Shown: one piece after another, positions 30,309 through 40,650 of the stretch
How the letters are laid out: the number at the start of each line of letters is the position of its first letter
Numbering within the stretch: the stretch's first letter is position 1
From: Candidatus Kaiserbacteria bacterium RIFCSPLOWO2_12_FULL_50_10
GTDB lineage: Bacteria; Patescibacteriota; Minisyncoccia; Phycocordibacterales; UBA918
NCBI GenBank assembly: GCA_001783515.1
Contig: MFMN01000015.1
Span: 1 to 58,583, forward strand
DNA length: 58,583 bases
Direction: 5' to 3'
Made by a program: the position numbers and the translations under genes
Notes under the pieces: generated by a model
Seen by the model: the letters and a program-made list of their open reading frames with translations, nothing else
Database searches by the model: none
Told to the model about the DNA's origin: nothing

Positions 30309-30479
30309 CTATTTTGTTGTTACTCGTTTCTTCGTTGGAGTAACTGCGAGAACAGCGCGGCCTTTTCGGCGGCGTGCCTGAATAATGTTTGCGCCGCTTG
30401 GTGTTCCCATACGTACAAGGAATCCGTGCGTACGTGCACGCTTGAGTTTACTCGGCTGGTAGGTTTTCTTTGTTGCCAT
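30309..30479 (-). CDS. rpmH: 50S ribosomal protein L34
   Basis: [20 protein letters not shown]...ARRRKGR. Confidence 0.96.
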   Translation of the reverse strand: MATKKTYQPSKLKRARTHGFLVRMGTPSGANIIQARRRKGRAVLAVTPTKKRVTTK

Positions 30480-30574
30480 AATGGTGGTACTATACCTGCT
30501 TTTTATCAAAACGCAAGGGCGAAAAGAGGGTTAGTATTTTGCTTTTTAGTTTCCTATTGTTTATACTACGATGT

Positions 30575-31975
30575 ATGTATACCCAACATGGAACCGATCG
30601 AGAAGATGAGGACGTGTCGGCACTCTCACGCGACCTTGTCACCCTTTGGGATGAAACACTCCAAGAGTTAAGTACCCACACAAGTCCTGCAAATAAAGCA
30701 TGGTTTCGCGATACGTTTATTACAACCTATAACACCGGCACAGTAACGGTTGGCGTCCCCTCTATTTTTGTGCGTGATTATCTTCGTGATAAATTCAGCA
30801 CGCTTATCTTACGTGTACTTCGAGAGAAAGAGCAGGGGATTCGCGGGGTTGTCTTTAGTGTTACGCATCGCACGCCGCCCGACCAAGCAAAGCGTATTGA
30901 GCGTGAGAAGCAGCGCAGCACGACACCATCAGCGGTTATTCCTCTTGATGAGTATTATGTTGACCGCAATGACAACCTAAACCCGAAGTATCAGTTCGAT
31001 TCGTTTGTGGTTGGCCCTTTCAACCAGCTTCCTCATGCGGCCGCAAAAGCGGTTGTTGAGCGCCCTGGTGTTGTGTATAACCCACTCTTTATTTATGGCC
31101 AAACCGGGCATGGAAAGACACACCTTATCCAAGCGGTTGGCAACAGCCTTAAAAAACGCGGATTAAAAGTACTGTATGTTACCTCAGAGCGTTTTGCGGT
31201 TGATTATTTTAATGCAATTCAAACAGGGGACGCGAATAAATTTAAGGATAAATACCGTGCGTACGATGCTATTATTATCGATGACGTACAGTTTTTGTCG
31301 TATAAGGATAAAACGCAGGAGGAATTATTCCACCTTTTCAACGCGTTTCATGATTTGAATAAACAAATTGTATTTTCAAGCGATATTCACCCCGCACTTC
31401 TTGAAGGCCTTGAAGACAGACTTCGTTCACGTTTCAATCAAGGAATGATTATCGATATTCCAAAACCAGACCTTGAGTCACGCACCGCTATTATTTCTGC
31501 AAAGCTTGCGCATCGTGGTATTACCCTTGATGACCAAATTGTTGGGTATATTGCAAAATCAATCGAAGGAAACATTCGTGAACTTGAAGGAATGCTTAAT
31601 TCAATCATTATTCAGTCAGAAGTTTCTGAAAAGCCGCTCACATATGAAATGGTGAAGGGAATTGTTGAAGTAAGCCTTAAGCCAAAAACAAACCTTTCTA
31701 TTCGCGATATTATTGAGAAGATTGCTCGACTTTATAACTTAAGTATTGAAGATCTCCATAAAAAGACCCGCCAAAAGGAGATTATGCGCCCGCGTCAGCT
31801 TATTATGTATATCTTGCGTGAAGATTTCCAGATTTCATTCCCAAATATCGGTGCGGCGTTTGGTGGACGTGACCACACTACGGTTATTCACTCATGTGAA
31901 CGTATTAAGGAAGATCTCAAAAACGACCCCATGCTCCCTCGAGAGCTCAATCGTATCCGTGATTTGTTCCGATAA
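30575..31975 (+). CDS. dnaA: Chromosomal replication initiator DnaA
   Basis: YNPLFIYGQTGHGKTHL, DDVQF, RLRSRF, FGGRDHTTVIHS. Confidence 0.98.
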   Translation: MYTQHGTDREDEDVSALSRDLVTLWDETLQELSTHTSPANKAWFRDTFITTYNTGTVTVGVPSIFVRDYLRDKFSTLILRVLREKEQGIRGVVFSVTHRTPPDQAKRIEREKQRSTTPSAVIPLDEYYVDRNDNLNPKYQFDSFVVGPFNQLPHAAAKAVVERPGVVYNPLFIYGQTGHGKTHLIQAVGNSLKKRGLKVLYVTSERFAVDYFNAIQTGDANKFKDKYRAYDAIIIDDVQFLSYKDKTQEELFHLFNAFHDLNKQIVFSSDIHPALLEGLEDRLRSRFNQGMIIDIPKPDLESRTAIISAKLAHRGITLDDQIVGYIAKSIEGNIRELEGMLNSIIIQSEVSEKPLTYEMVKGIVEVSLKPKTNLSIRDIIEKIARLYNLSIEDLHKKTRQKEIMRPRQLIMYILREDFQISFPNIGAAFGGRDHTTVIHSCERIKEDLKNDPMLPRELNRIRDLFR

Positions 31976-31977
31976 TC

Positions 31978-32265
31978 TGTGGATAAGTCTGTGGATAGTG
32001 TGTAGATACTGAGGTATAAATCTGTGGATATCTCGAAGCTTCTTCTGGGGATAACTAAAAAGTTATCCCCAGCTAACACAGGGCGTGTTGTGGATATCTT
32101 AAAGTTATCCCCAGTCTCCACAGATTACAACGACGTCATCCTCAAGATATTCACAGCAGGCACTCGTGAAATGAGTGAGGAATTACGTGCTACAATCGTG
32201 TTATCCCCGCCATCCACCGTGCTAATAAGAGTAGTAAAAATTTTTTAAAAAGAAATAAGTAAGAG
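31978..32265. other. oriC: oriC: DnaA boxes, DnaA-trio-like run and AT-rich unwinding element
   Basis: TGTGGATAA 31978, TGTGGATAG 31990, TGTGGATAT 32023 and 32089, TGGGGATAA 32046, TTATCCCCA 32063 and 32105; then CTA ATA AGA GTA GTA and an A/T tract before dnaN. Confidence 0.88.
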
Positions 32266-32274
32266 AACTTCTGT

Positions 32275-33366
32275 ATGCATATTCACATCAAAACACAGGA
32301 ACTACGAGATATGCTCGAGACCGTCTCTCGGGTAAGTACGAAGCACCCCACACTGCCTATTCTTCAATGTGTGCACCTTACGGCACTTGAGGGAGGTACA
32401 ATAACATTTAAGGCAACAAACTTAGAAATTGGCGTAGAAGGAACACTCAGTGGCAAAGTTGAGATACCAGGCGCTATCGCGGTACCCGCACACATTCTTT
32501 TGCAAACCATAGCACTTATTACCCATCCCGAAGTATCCCTTAAAGAAGACGTAGGTACACTTACCATTACTACCAAAACTTCAAAAACTTCAATCGCTAC
32601 ACAACCTGCGGATGATTTTCCAAATCTCCCTGTTCTTGAAGGAGATGCACATACTATCTCTGGAAAGAATTTTGCGTATGGTATTAAGACGGTAGCGTTT
32701 GCCGCATCACAAAACTCTATTAAACCAGAGCTTGGCTGTGTGTATATTTACCAAAAGAAAGAAAATACCCTCACGTTCGTTGCAACTGACTCATTCCGCC
32801 TCGCAGAAAAAACAGTTCCCATGGCAAATATGGTACTTTCGAACCATATTCTTATTCCTGCAAAGAATGCGCTTGAGCTCGCACGACTCGCTGAAATGAT
32901 GCAAGCTGACTCGCAACTCACCCTTTCAGAGAATCAATGTGTTCTTTCTTGGGATACACTCCAGGTCACCTCTCGGTCAGTTGTAGGAAGCTTCCCTGAT
33001 TACAATCAGATCATGCCGAAGGAATTTTCAACCCACGCAACCATTCTTGTGCAAGACGTTATGAATGCACTGAGGCGTACGAATGTATTTCTTAATAAAT
33101 TCGCGCAACTTACCCTTAGCCTTGCTGGAGGTGCGCTTACTCTCTCTTCAAAAGGTGACACCGGCATGACTGAAGAAGTAGTTACCGTAGCGCAGGAAGG
33201 GGCTGATATTGCGATTTCCGTCAACCAAAAGTACCTCCAAGACATTCTTACCTATATCACTGATGATAGCCTTACGGTTCATTTTACAGGCATTGGAAGG
33301 CCTATGGTGGTGGAAGGGGTCTACGATAAAAGTTTGAGATACTTGGTAATGCCAATGAATAGGTAA
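32275..33366 (+). CDS. dnaN: DNA polymerase III beta clamp
   Basis: ATNLEIG, VATDSFRLA, FPDY, YLVMPM. Confidence 0.97.
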   Translation: MHIHIKTQELRDMLETVSRVSTKHPTLPILQCVHLTALEGGTITFKATNLEIGVEGTLSGKVEIPGAIAVPAHILLQTIALITHPEVSLKEDVGTLTITTKTSKTSIATQPADDFPNLPVLEGDAHTISGKNFAYGIKTVAFAASQNSIKPELGCVYIYQKKENTLTFVATDSFRLAEKTVPMANMVLSNHILIPAKNALELARLAEMMQADSQLTLSENQCVLSWDTLQVTSRSVVGSFPDYNQIMPKEFSTHATILVQDVMNALRRTNVFLNKFAQLTLSLAGGALTLSSKGDTGMTEEVVTVAQEGADIAISVNQKYLQDILTYITDDSLTVHFTGIGRPMVVEGVYDKSLRYLVMPMNR

Positions 33367-33385
33367 GGAATACTTTACATTATGT

Positions 33386-33685
33386 ATGCAGCCGAAGATT
33401 TTTAAAGCAACACAAGCGAAGCCGCTTAATAGTATGTTTGCGGCGATTGCGGCGCGTCTTATTGCGCCGCAAAAATCGGTGATTGAGGTGTTTTGTACTT
33501 CGGTTGCGGAGGTTATGCAGGTGAAGCTTGATACACGATTTGTTTCGTATGTACCTTCTTCAAAAACAATTCACTTAAACGCACCAGGTATGTTTAAGCA
33601 GGAAATAAAAATGCGAGAAAAAGAAATTTTTGAAATAATGAAGGCAACTATCGGCGCGAAGAATGTACCTAAGACTATTCTGTAA
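33386..33685 (+). CDS. Possible DciA/DUF721-like protein
   Basis: TIHLNAPGMFKQEIKMREKEI pattern; position after dnaN. Confidence 0.45.
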   Translation: MQPKIFKATQAKPLNSMFAAIAARLIAPQKSVIEVFCTSVAEVMQVKLDTRFVSYVPSSKTIHLNAPGMFKQEIKMREKEIFEIMKATIGAKNVPKTIL

Positions 33686-33700
33686 ATATTTCTTTTAAAA

Positions 33701-33840
33701 GTCTGGATTCCTCCTGAATGACAAAAGTAGCGAGTGGTGTTTTTTAGAAATAAGTAGTTAATTCGACGTCGATTTAACTACTTATACTTAGTAATTTAAA
33801 GCAATACCTGTTACTTTTGTCATCCTGGCGGGATCCAGGC
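33701..33840. repeat. Repeat family A, full hairpin element
   Basis: CTGGATTCCTCCTGAATGACAAAAGTA...TAAGTAGTTAA/TTAACTACTTA...TACTTTTGTCATCCTGGCGGGATCCAGG. Confidence 0.9.
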
Positions 33841-33896
33841 GCTAGAAATTAGACTATAAACAAAACAACACCTCCATGAATGGAGGTGTTGTTTTT

Positions 33897-36110
33897 TTAC
33901 TGCCCAATAACTTCAGTAGTTGTGGTGCTTAAAGAAGGGAAAGAGGTGTTATTTTGTCCAAGAAGTCCTTGGAGCCAGTTAAGTACACCGTATTCCCAAT
34001 ATTTAAACTGTGGGTCACTATTTGGATTGTTTGGCTGTGAACCTGTTGGATTTTCAGAATCTATAAAATAAAGTTCTGAGTGTATCTCTGGCTCACCATA
34101 GGTATTCATACCGAGCCATACGCCATCAAGAATAGGTTTTCCGGTCACCGTATGGGTTGGTTCCGGGAAAGATTCTGATGGTAATTCACGCAATGCTTCA
34201 TCCATAAACGCACGCCAAAGCGGAGTGATAATAAGTCCAGAAATCTCCTTCATTTCAACGTTGTTATTGTTGCCTGCCCAGGCACCCGCGACGAGATTTG
34301 GTGTGTAGCCAATAATCCACACATCTTTTTTGTCGTTGGTGGTACCTGTCTTTGCGGCGACATCACGTTCTCCAAAATGAAGCGGAGAATTTGCACCAAA
34401 GAGCGGTGCGCGCGCTGCGTTGTCAGAGAGAATACTTGAAATATTAAGTGCGGTATTTCGTTCAAGTACACGTCCTGCGTTCACTTCATCAAATTCCTTC
34501 AGAACAGTACTGCGGCTATCTTCAATACGAAGGACGGTGCGAGGTTCAATTTTTATGCCTTCACTTGCAAAGACAGCATATGCGGAGACCATTTGATATA
34601 AGGTAACTTCACCAGAACCAAGCACTAAGTCGAGCGAAGGGGTTGTGTCAGGAAGTGTGGTAATTCCCATATCTCGCGCTGTTTTTACCGATGACTTTCG
34701 GCCGGCGAGATAAAACATTTTTACCGCAGGAACGTTGAGCGACTGTGCGAGGGCGTTACGAATAGAGACAGGTCCGCGGAACTGGTGGTCGTAGTTTTTT
34801 GGTGAGTAGCAATTCGGGTCCTCACTATTTGTTTTGAAGTTATCGACAGCACATGCGGTAGAGAATTGTGTTTCAACATCAAAAAGAATTGAGTCCGGTG
34901 TATATCCCTTTTCAAAGGCTGTCGCGTAAATGAACGGTTTAAAGGATGACCCCGGCTGACGTCCAGGCGTTTCATTTGTTGCAACATTGTATTGTCCTGC
35001 AACACGAGGGTCATCGATATTTTCCTCAAAGAAGTCGCGTGAACCAACAAGTACCAAAACATCACCATTTTTTGGGTCTTCAGCAACAAGCGATGCATTT
35101 GCCGCATTGTACGCAGCATCATTTTTAAGTGCGTATTCCTTCACAATTGCCTCAGCTTTTTCTTGAAGGGGGAGGTCAACGGCGGTGATTATTTTATACC
35201 CTTTATTAAGGTACTCGTCGCCGTACTTTTCTTGGAGCTGTTCAAGGACATACATAACATAATGCGGCGCACGAATAGTTGCAGATATATATGGCTTCCA
35301 AGCAACTTCCTCAGCACGGGCGATTTCCGCTTCGTCCTTGGTAATCATACCTTCTTCTTCCATACGGGTGAGGACGTAATTTTTACGGACTTCAAGTTGA
35401 CTCACTTCGCGTGTTTGTGGGTCGCGGAAGGATTGTGTGTAGGGCGAAAGACGCGTAGGCGCCTGGGGGAGCGACGCAAGATAAGCTGCTTCTGCAAGGG
35501 TGACCTCATTCGCATGCTTTCCAAAGAATGCTTGCGCAGCTTCTTCAACACCATACAACGTGCCGCCATAGGGAGATTCATTGAGGTAGGTGAGAAGAAT
35601 CTCATCCTTTTCCATCACTTGTTCTAGCCGTATAGCGAGAATTGCCTCTTTAATTTTACGAGTGAGTGATCGTTCCTGCTGTAAAACCGAGTTTTTAATC
35701 ACTTGCTGGGTAATAGTTGAGCCGCCACCACCACTAAAGACGCCTTTTCCTTGTGAAAGTGAGGTAATCATCGAACGAACGATTGCTGTCGGGCGAACGC
35801 CGGCATGTGTCCAAAATTCAGCATCTTCAATAGCAATCGTGGCATTTTTCAAGTATTCAGAAATCTCGTCGTAGCGAACAACGGTGCGACGAACGTCACT
35901 GTTGGTGTCATAGAGGATTGTTTCTCCGGTGCGGTCATAGAGTTTTGTAGATTGTGCAACAAGGCGCTGATTAAACGCAGAGAGGTCAGGAATATCGAGT
36001 GTTGCAACCCAGACAAAAAGTGAGCCGATCGCAACAAGAAAGAATACCGTACCAAAAAGTACAATATCGCTCGCAATACGACGCATGCGTGAAGGTGATT
36101 TTTTCTTCAT
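33897..36110 (-). CDS. Class A penicillin-binding protein (PBP1A family)
   Basis: AIEDAEF, GGSTITQQ, RKIKE; QPGSSFK, SLN, KTGT. Confidence 0.95.
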   Translation of the reverse strand: MKKKSPSRMRRIASDIVLFGTVFFLVAIGSLFVWVATLDIPDLSAFNQRLVAQSTKLYDRTGETILYDTNSDVRRTVVRYDEISEYLKNATIAIEDAEFWTHAGVRPTAIVRSMITSLSQGKGVFSGGGGSTITQQVIKNSVLQQERSLTRKIKEAILAIRLEQVMEKDEILLTYLNESPYGGTLYGVEEAAQAFFGKHANEVTLAEAAYLASLPQAPTRLSPYTQSFRDPQTREVSQLEVRKNYVLTRMEEEGMITKDEAEIARAEEVAWKPYISATIRAPHYVMYVLEQLQEKYGDEYLNKGYKIITAVDLPLQEKAEAIVKEYALKNDAAYNAANASLVAEDPKNGDVLVLVGSRDFFEENIDDPRVAGQYNVATNETPGRQPGSSFKPFIYATAFEKGYTPDSILFDVETQFSTACAVDNFKTNSEDPNCYSPKNYDHQFRGPVSIRNALAQSLNVPAVKMFYLAGRKSSVKTARDMGITTLPDTTPSLDLVLGSGEVTLYQMVSAYAVFASEGIKIEPRTVLRIEDSRSTVLKEFDEVNAGRVLERNTALNISSILSDNAARAPLFGANSPLHFGERDVAAKTGTTNDKKDVWIIGYTPNLVAGAWAGNNNNVEMKEISGLIITPLWRAFMDEALRELPSESFPEPTHTVTGKPILDGVWLGMNTYGEPEIHSELYFIDSENPTGSQPNNPNSDPQFKYWEYGVLNWLQGLLGQNNTSFPSLSTTTTEVIGQ

Positions 36111-36151
36111 AATAGTTGTCACTATACGTACTTTATAGTAGCATGCAATCT

Positions 36152-37324
36152 ATGATAACAGATGTTCATAAGGTAGATGCAGTGCTCTCACGTGGTGTCA
36201 GCGAAGTGATTGGTCGCGACGAGCTCAGAAAGCGTATGCTTGCCGGAGAAACCTTGCGTATTAAGCTTGGTATTGACCCAACGAGTAAAAATGTCCATGT
36301 TGGACGTTCGATTCCGCTCTTAAAATTGCGCGACTTTCAAGAACTAGGACATCAAATTGTGCTTATTATTGGTGATGCAACAGGAGTTATTGGCGACACC
36401 TCTGACAAAACAGCAGAGCGCCCTATGCTTGATCAAGCGACGATAGATGAAAACAAAGAGGCATATTTTGCACAAATCGGCAAGTTGCTCGATATGGAAA
36501 AGGTTGAGTTTCGCTATAATTCAGATTGGCTCAACAAACTTTCCTTTAAAGAAATAGGCGAACTCGCAAATCTCTTTTCTGTGGCGGAGTTTACCGCACG
36601 TGAGAATATTAAAAAACGTCTCGATGAAGGCAAACGTGTCTCGCTTCGTGAAATGCTGTATCCACTTATGCAAGGATATGACTCTGTTGCGATTAAAGCA
36701 GATGTCGAAATTGGAGGCAGCGACCAACGTTTTAATAATCTCGCAGGACGCACCATGCAGCCACATTTCGGACAATCACCACAAGCAATTGTACTTGGGC
36801 CAATTGTGAACGGTACCGATGGTCAGAAAATGTCATCATCACGCGGGAATGTGATTGCGCTCACTATGGAGAGAGAAGAGATGTACGGTAAGGTTATGAG
36901 TATGCATGATGACGACATTGTGACCTATCTCACTGTCTGTACTCGTATCCCGCTCGAAGAAGTTGCAGAGCTCTCTCAAGAACTCTCGCAAGGAGTAAAT
37001 CCTCGCGACATCAAAATGCGTCTTGCCTATGAACTTGTGAAGATGTATCACTCAGCTGAAGCGGCGGACAAGGCACAACAAGCATTTATTTACACCTTCC
37101 AAAAAGGAGGCGTCCCCGAGGAGGTAGAAGAAATTACCGCGCCATATATTGATGCACTGCTTGCAAAGGAAATCGTGAAATCAAAATCTGAACTCCGCAC
37201 CTTGCTTATGGCGGGCGGTGTACGTAATCCAGAGACAAATGAAAAATACGAAGCGTTCCCTGAAACAGTAGAGGAACCAACCGTGATAAAAATCGGAAAA
37301 AGACGGTTTGTAAAACTTATTTAG
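36152..37324 (+). CDS. tyrS: Tyrosine-tRNA ligase
   Basis: GIDPT..HVGR, YPLMQGYD, GGSDQ, KMSSS; start may be 36143. Confidence 0.96.
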   Translation: MITDVHKVDAVLSRGVSEVIGRDELRKRMLAGETLRIKLGIDPTSKNVHVGRSIPLLKLRDFQELGHQIVLIIGDATGVIGDTSDKTAERPMLDQATIDENKEAYFAQIGKLLDMEKVEFRYNSDWLNKLSFKEIGELANLFSVAEFTARENIKKRLDEGKRVSLREMLYPLMQGYDSVAIKADVEIGGSDQRFNNLAGRTMQPHFGQSPQAIVLGPIVNGTDGQKMSSSRGNVIALTMEREEMYGKVMSMHDDDIVTYLTVCTRIPLEEVAELSQELSQGVNPRDIKMRLAYELVKMYHSAEAADKAQQAFIYTFQKGGVPEEVEEITAPYIDALLAKEIVKSKSELRTLLMAGGVRNPETNEKYEAFPETVEEPTVIKIGKRRFVKLI

Positions 37325-37338
37325 GAAAAACTCCAGCA

Positions 37339-37398
37339 TTAACTCCCTGTCTCTTTAAAACAATACACATTACTTTTGTCATCCTGGAGGGATCCAGG
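37339..37398. repeat. Repeat family A, half element
   Basis: TTAAC...AAAACAATACACATTACTTTTGTCATCCTGGAGGGATCCAGG. Confidence 0.85.
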
Positions 37399-37448
37399 CA
37401 ATACAACAAAATACCCAATGTTTAATAACATTGGGTATTTCATACATT

Positions 37449-37655
37449 CTACAAAAGGTCGCGGTCTTCAAATGAGTCGAAGAGGGGATCCTCGTCATCA
37501 TCATCGCCATATTCGTCACCATCCTCGTCACGAATAAGATTTTCAGGCGTACGGCCTTCTACCGGCGCGTCGAGCTCCTCATCGTCGATAGGGAAATCGT
37601 CGCTGTCGAGTACGGCGTCGTCGAGACTGTTTTCATCTGCAAGATCTTGAAACAT
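37449..37655 (-). CDS. Small, highly acidic protein
   Basis: ~68 aa dominated by D/E, ends FDSFEDRDLL. Confidence 0.65.
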   Translation of the reverse strand: MFQDLADENSLDDAVLDSDDFPIDDEELDAPVEGRTPENLIRDEDGDEYGDDDDEDPLFDSFEDRDLL

Positions 37656-37736
37656 ATGCATTGATTATTTGATTGGGAAAGTTGTAGCAAAAAAATCTTT
37701 CTTGCGCAAGTCCTTGAAGGGGGGTATGATACCGAT

Positions 37737-38549
37737 ATGGAACAAGAACACATTTCGTCAATAGACACGCCCGCACCAAAGCGCGCATTCGCTCTTTCAC
37801 CAAAGGTACTCATGAGCGCACTTACCCTCGCCGTAGCACTTATAGGGAGTTATGTAGCCTATCAAAACGTAGTGCCGCAGTACCCGCCACTCCTTCCTGA
37901 AGTGCTTCGAGAAAGCCGTTTTGGAACAGTCGCGACGGTCAACGGAGATGGAATTTCTCGCGAGCGCTACAATAGCGCGCTTGCAGCAGTTGCAAACCTT
38001 GCCGCAACAAACGGCATTAGCCTCGAAGACACCGCGGTGCTTACTGAAATCAAGAACGTCGCACTCACCAGTGTTATCGAGAACGAAGTGCTCCTCCAGG
38101 CAGCTCGCACAGCAAACGTTACTGTTGATGACGCAACCATAGAGGAACAAATTCTTGCGACCTCAATTCAAATCGGAGGCAAGGATGCGTTTGAGGCAGA
38201 ACTTGAAAAAGCAGGCGTTACCGAGAAAGCATACCGCACTTCAGTGTTTGAACAGGCGCTCTTGAGCAGTTATATCGCGCAAGCGGTACCAACAAGCACG
38301 ATTGCAATTAGCGACGACGCAGTAAAGGCATTTTATAAAGAACGAACTGCTCTCGCAGAGAAAGGAACAGAAATTCCTGCATTTGACGAGGTGAAAGACC
38401 AGGTGCGTGCGTATCTCGAAAATACTGAGCACGAAACACTCGTGCGTGCACATATCGAAGCACTTGTCGCAGCGGCAACTATTGAAAAGCATATCACTAT
38501 CGAAGCTGCTCCTGTAGCAACGTCGACAGAAGAAGTGCCAACCGAATAA
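37737..38549 (+). CDS. SurA N-terminal/PrsA-like chaperone
   Basis: TM, VATVNGDGIS, LLQAA..VTVDD, PAFDEVKDQV. Confidence 0.8.
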   Translation: MEQEHISSIDTPAPKRAFALSPKVLMSALTLAVALIGSYVAYQNVVPQYPPLLPEVLRESRFGTVATVNGDGISRERYNSALAAVANLAATNGISLEDTAVLTEIKNVALTSVIENEVLLQAARTANVTVDDATIEEQILATSIQIGGKDAFEAELEKAGVTEKAYRTSVFEQALLSSYIAQAVPTSTIAISDDAVKAFYKERTALAEKGTEIPAFDEVKDQVRAYLENTEHETLVRAHIEALVAAATIEKHITIEAAPVATSTEEVPTE

Positions 38550-38606
38550 TAAAAAGAACCACAACGCGCCATGGCGCGTTGTTTTCTTTCATGGTATCGT
38601 CCCTCT

Positions 38607-38882
38607 ATGCTCTCAGAGTTACATGCAGTTATTTCAGGAAAAGTACAAGGTGTCGGCTATCGTGATTTCGTGCGCGAAAGCGCCGAGTCGCTAAGGTTGT
38701 ATGGGTGGGTGAAAAATAAAGAAGACGATACCGTTGAACTACTTGCGCAAGGGTATCCCGAAAAACTCCGCGAACTCGCCGAACTTCTCCAAGAAGGCTC
38801 GGTGCTTGCAAAAGTAACAGGCGTTGCGACAGAGTTTCGCACACCGCGCGTGCTCTATGAAGACTTTTCAGTAAAAGCTTAA
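38607..38882 (+). CDS. acyP: Acylphosphatase
   Basis: SGKVQGVGYR, GWVKN..DTVE. Confidence 0.93.
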   Translation: MLSELHAVISGKVQGVGYRDFVRESAESLRLYGWVKNKEDDTVELLAQGYPEKLRELAELLQEGSVLAKVTGVATEFRTPRVLYEDFSVKA

Positions 38883-38893
38883 AGCGCGCCCGC

Positions 38894-38954
38894 TTTAACC
38901 ATTTGTCGCTTTAAAGCAATACCTGTTACTTTTGTCATTCAGGATGAATCCAGG
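38894..38954. repeat. Repeat family A, half element
   Basis: TTTAACCAT...TTTAAAGCAATACCTGTTACTTTTGTCATTCAGGATGAATCCAGG. Confidence 0.85.
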
Positions 38955-38971
38955 CTAAAGAACACCAAACC

Positions 38972-39706
38972 ATGCAAACCATAGAAATACTCGAAGAGGA
39001 CGATAACGTTTTGGTTATCAATAAACCAAGCGGTCTTTTAGTGCATGAAGAAAAGCAAGGGAGTGCGGAACCAACAGTGGTAGCGTGGTTTCTTACTACC
39101 TATCCTGAAGCAAGAGGCGTTGGCGAACCGCAGTATGATATGCAAGGGAACCTCATTGAACGAAGCGGTGTAGTGCATCGCCTCGACAAAGGCACCTCTG
39201 GCGTACTTATCCTCGCAAAAACACAAGAGGCATACAATCACCTCAAGTCACAATTCCACGACCGTCTTGCACAGAAAGAATATCAAGCGATTGTCTATGG
39301 TTATTTCAAAGCAATTAAAGGACGTATCGAAGCAAAAATAGGTCGCGCAAAAAGCGACCCACGCAAACGCTCCGCATTTAAAAACGCCGTCGGCACCCTC
39401 CGTGACGCAGTGACTGACTGGGAACTTATCACCCAAAATGCACAGTTCGCTCACATTCGTCTCATGCCGAAAACAGGTCGCACTCATCAGCTTCGTGCGC
39501 ACCTCACCTTCCTCTCCCACCCCATAGTTGGCGACGGGCTCTATGCAACCAAAGAACAGTTCCGCAGTACACAAGAAGTATCACGAATACTTCTGCATGC
39601 GCACTCGCTCACGATAACCCTTCTTAATGGCGAACAGAAAAAATTCACCGCGCCACTCCCGGGCGACTTCACCCACTTTATCCACAAAAAAATAACCCCT
39701 GCGTAG
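38972..39706 (+). CDS. RluA/RluD family pseudouridine synthase
   Basis: NKPSGLLVH, VHRLDKGTSG, TGRTHQLR, HPIVGD. Confidence 0.94.
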   Translation: MQTIEILEEDDNVLVINKPSGLLVHEEKQGSAEPTVVAWFLTTYPEARGVGEPQYDMQGNLIERSGVVHRLDKGTSGVLILAKTQEAYNHLKSQFHDRLAQKEYQAIVYGYFKAIKGRIEAKIGRAKSDPRKRSAFKNAVGTLRDAVTDWELITQNAQFAHIRLMPKTGRTHQLRAHLTFLSHPIVGDGLYATKEQFRSTQEVSRILLHAHSLTITLLNGEQKKFTAPLPGDFTHFIHKKITPA

Positions 39707-39740
39707 TTGCAGGGGCTTTTGCGGCCGGAGCCGCAGTAGT

Positions 39741-40037
39741 TCATCCGAAGATGGACCAGAGGAACAAAAATGGGCTAAAGACAGTCCCGAGGAATGCGTC
39801 GGCGTGAAGCATTTTATCGGGCGGGGTATCTCCAGGGAGCACCATCGCGAAGAAGAAGAGCACGAGGTTCGCTACGATCCACACCGCGAAGACGCCCGGA
39901 AGAGCCCACCGCAGACGGATCATTGTTCCATCCTCGGTGAAGACACCGAGTTCCGTCGTCGCGCCGTAGCGAAATGCGTGATAGACGAGGGGCAGAGCAG
40001 CAATGAAAACAATCACCAAAAACGAAATTACGGACAT
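39741..40037 (-). CDS. Small membrane protein
   Basis: 2-3 TM; TTGACT/TATAAA promoter, TTGATCTTTT, GGAGG SD. Confidence 0.65.
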   Translation of the reverse strand: MSVISFLVIVFIAALPLVYHAFRYGATTELGVFTEDGTMIRLRWALPGVFAVWIVANLVLFFFAMVLPGDTPPDKMLHADAFLGTVFSPFLFLWSIFG

Positions 40038-40209
40038 GGAAGCCTCCAAAAAAGAAAAAGATCAAAACAAGGTGCTTAATTTATAGCACATATTTGTAAA
40101 TAAGTCAACATATCTCGCTCTGAACTGTTGACATTTTACATATGGCGTGCTAGTTTGTTTCCGCATCACAACCGTGACGCATTGATCTTTTACATCACTG
40201 GAGAAATTC

Positions 40210-40638
40210 ATGAAATTGATGAACGTTTGGGCAATCGCCCTCAGCGCTCTCATGGGCATGGGAACCGTCACTGTCGCTTCGGCGGCGGACGGTGCTCGCG
40301 CGTGGGGTTCCACGACGAAGCTCTCGCCGAAAAGCGAGGTCACTGACCTCGCCCTCAAGGAGCACATGCTCCGCGAGGAGCTGCTCGGGAGCCGCACCAC
40401 GATGAACCACTACGGCGACAACAACATGACGAGCAACACCGTGTGCGCTTCTGTGGACGCCTGCCAAACGCAGGATTCCTCGGTCACCAGCGTGAACGGT
40501 TCGACCTTCACCTCGGTGTCGTCGTCGGACCAGTCGAGTGTCGGTATCAATACCACCATCACGACCGGTCAAACCGACCAAACCGGGACCGCGCAAAGCA
40601 ATTCGCGCGTCTCGGGCAATCAGCTCATCATCAAATAA
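40210..40638 (+). CDS. Secreted S/T/N/Q-rich protein, HfaA/curlin-like
   Basis: Signal peptide, low-complexity beta-prone C-terminus, directly upstream of a CsgG-like gene. Confidence 0.55.
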   Translation: MKLMNVWAIALSALMGMGTVTVASAADGARAWGSTTKLSPKSEVTDLALKEHMLREELLGSRTTMNHYGDNNMTSNTVCASVDACQTQDSSVTSVNGSTFTSVSSSDQSSVGINTTITTGQTDQTGTAQSNSRVSGNQLIIK

Positions 40639-40650
40639 GGAAGAAATCTC

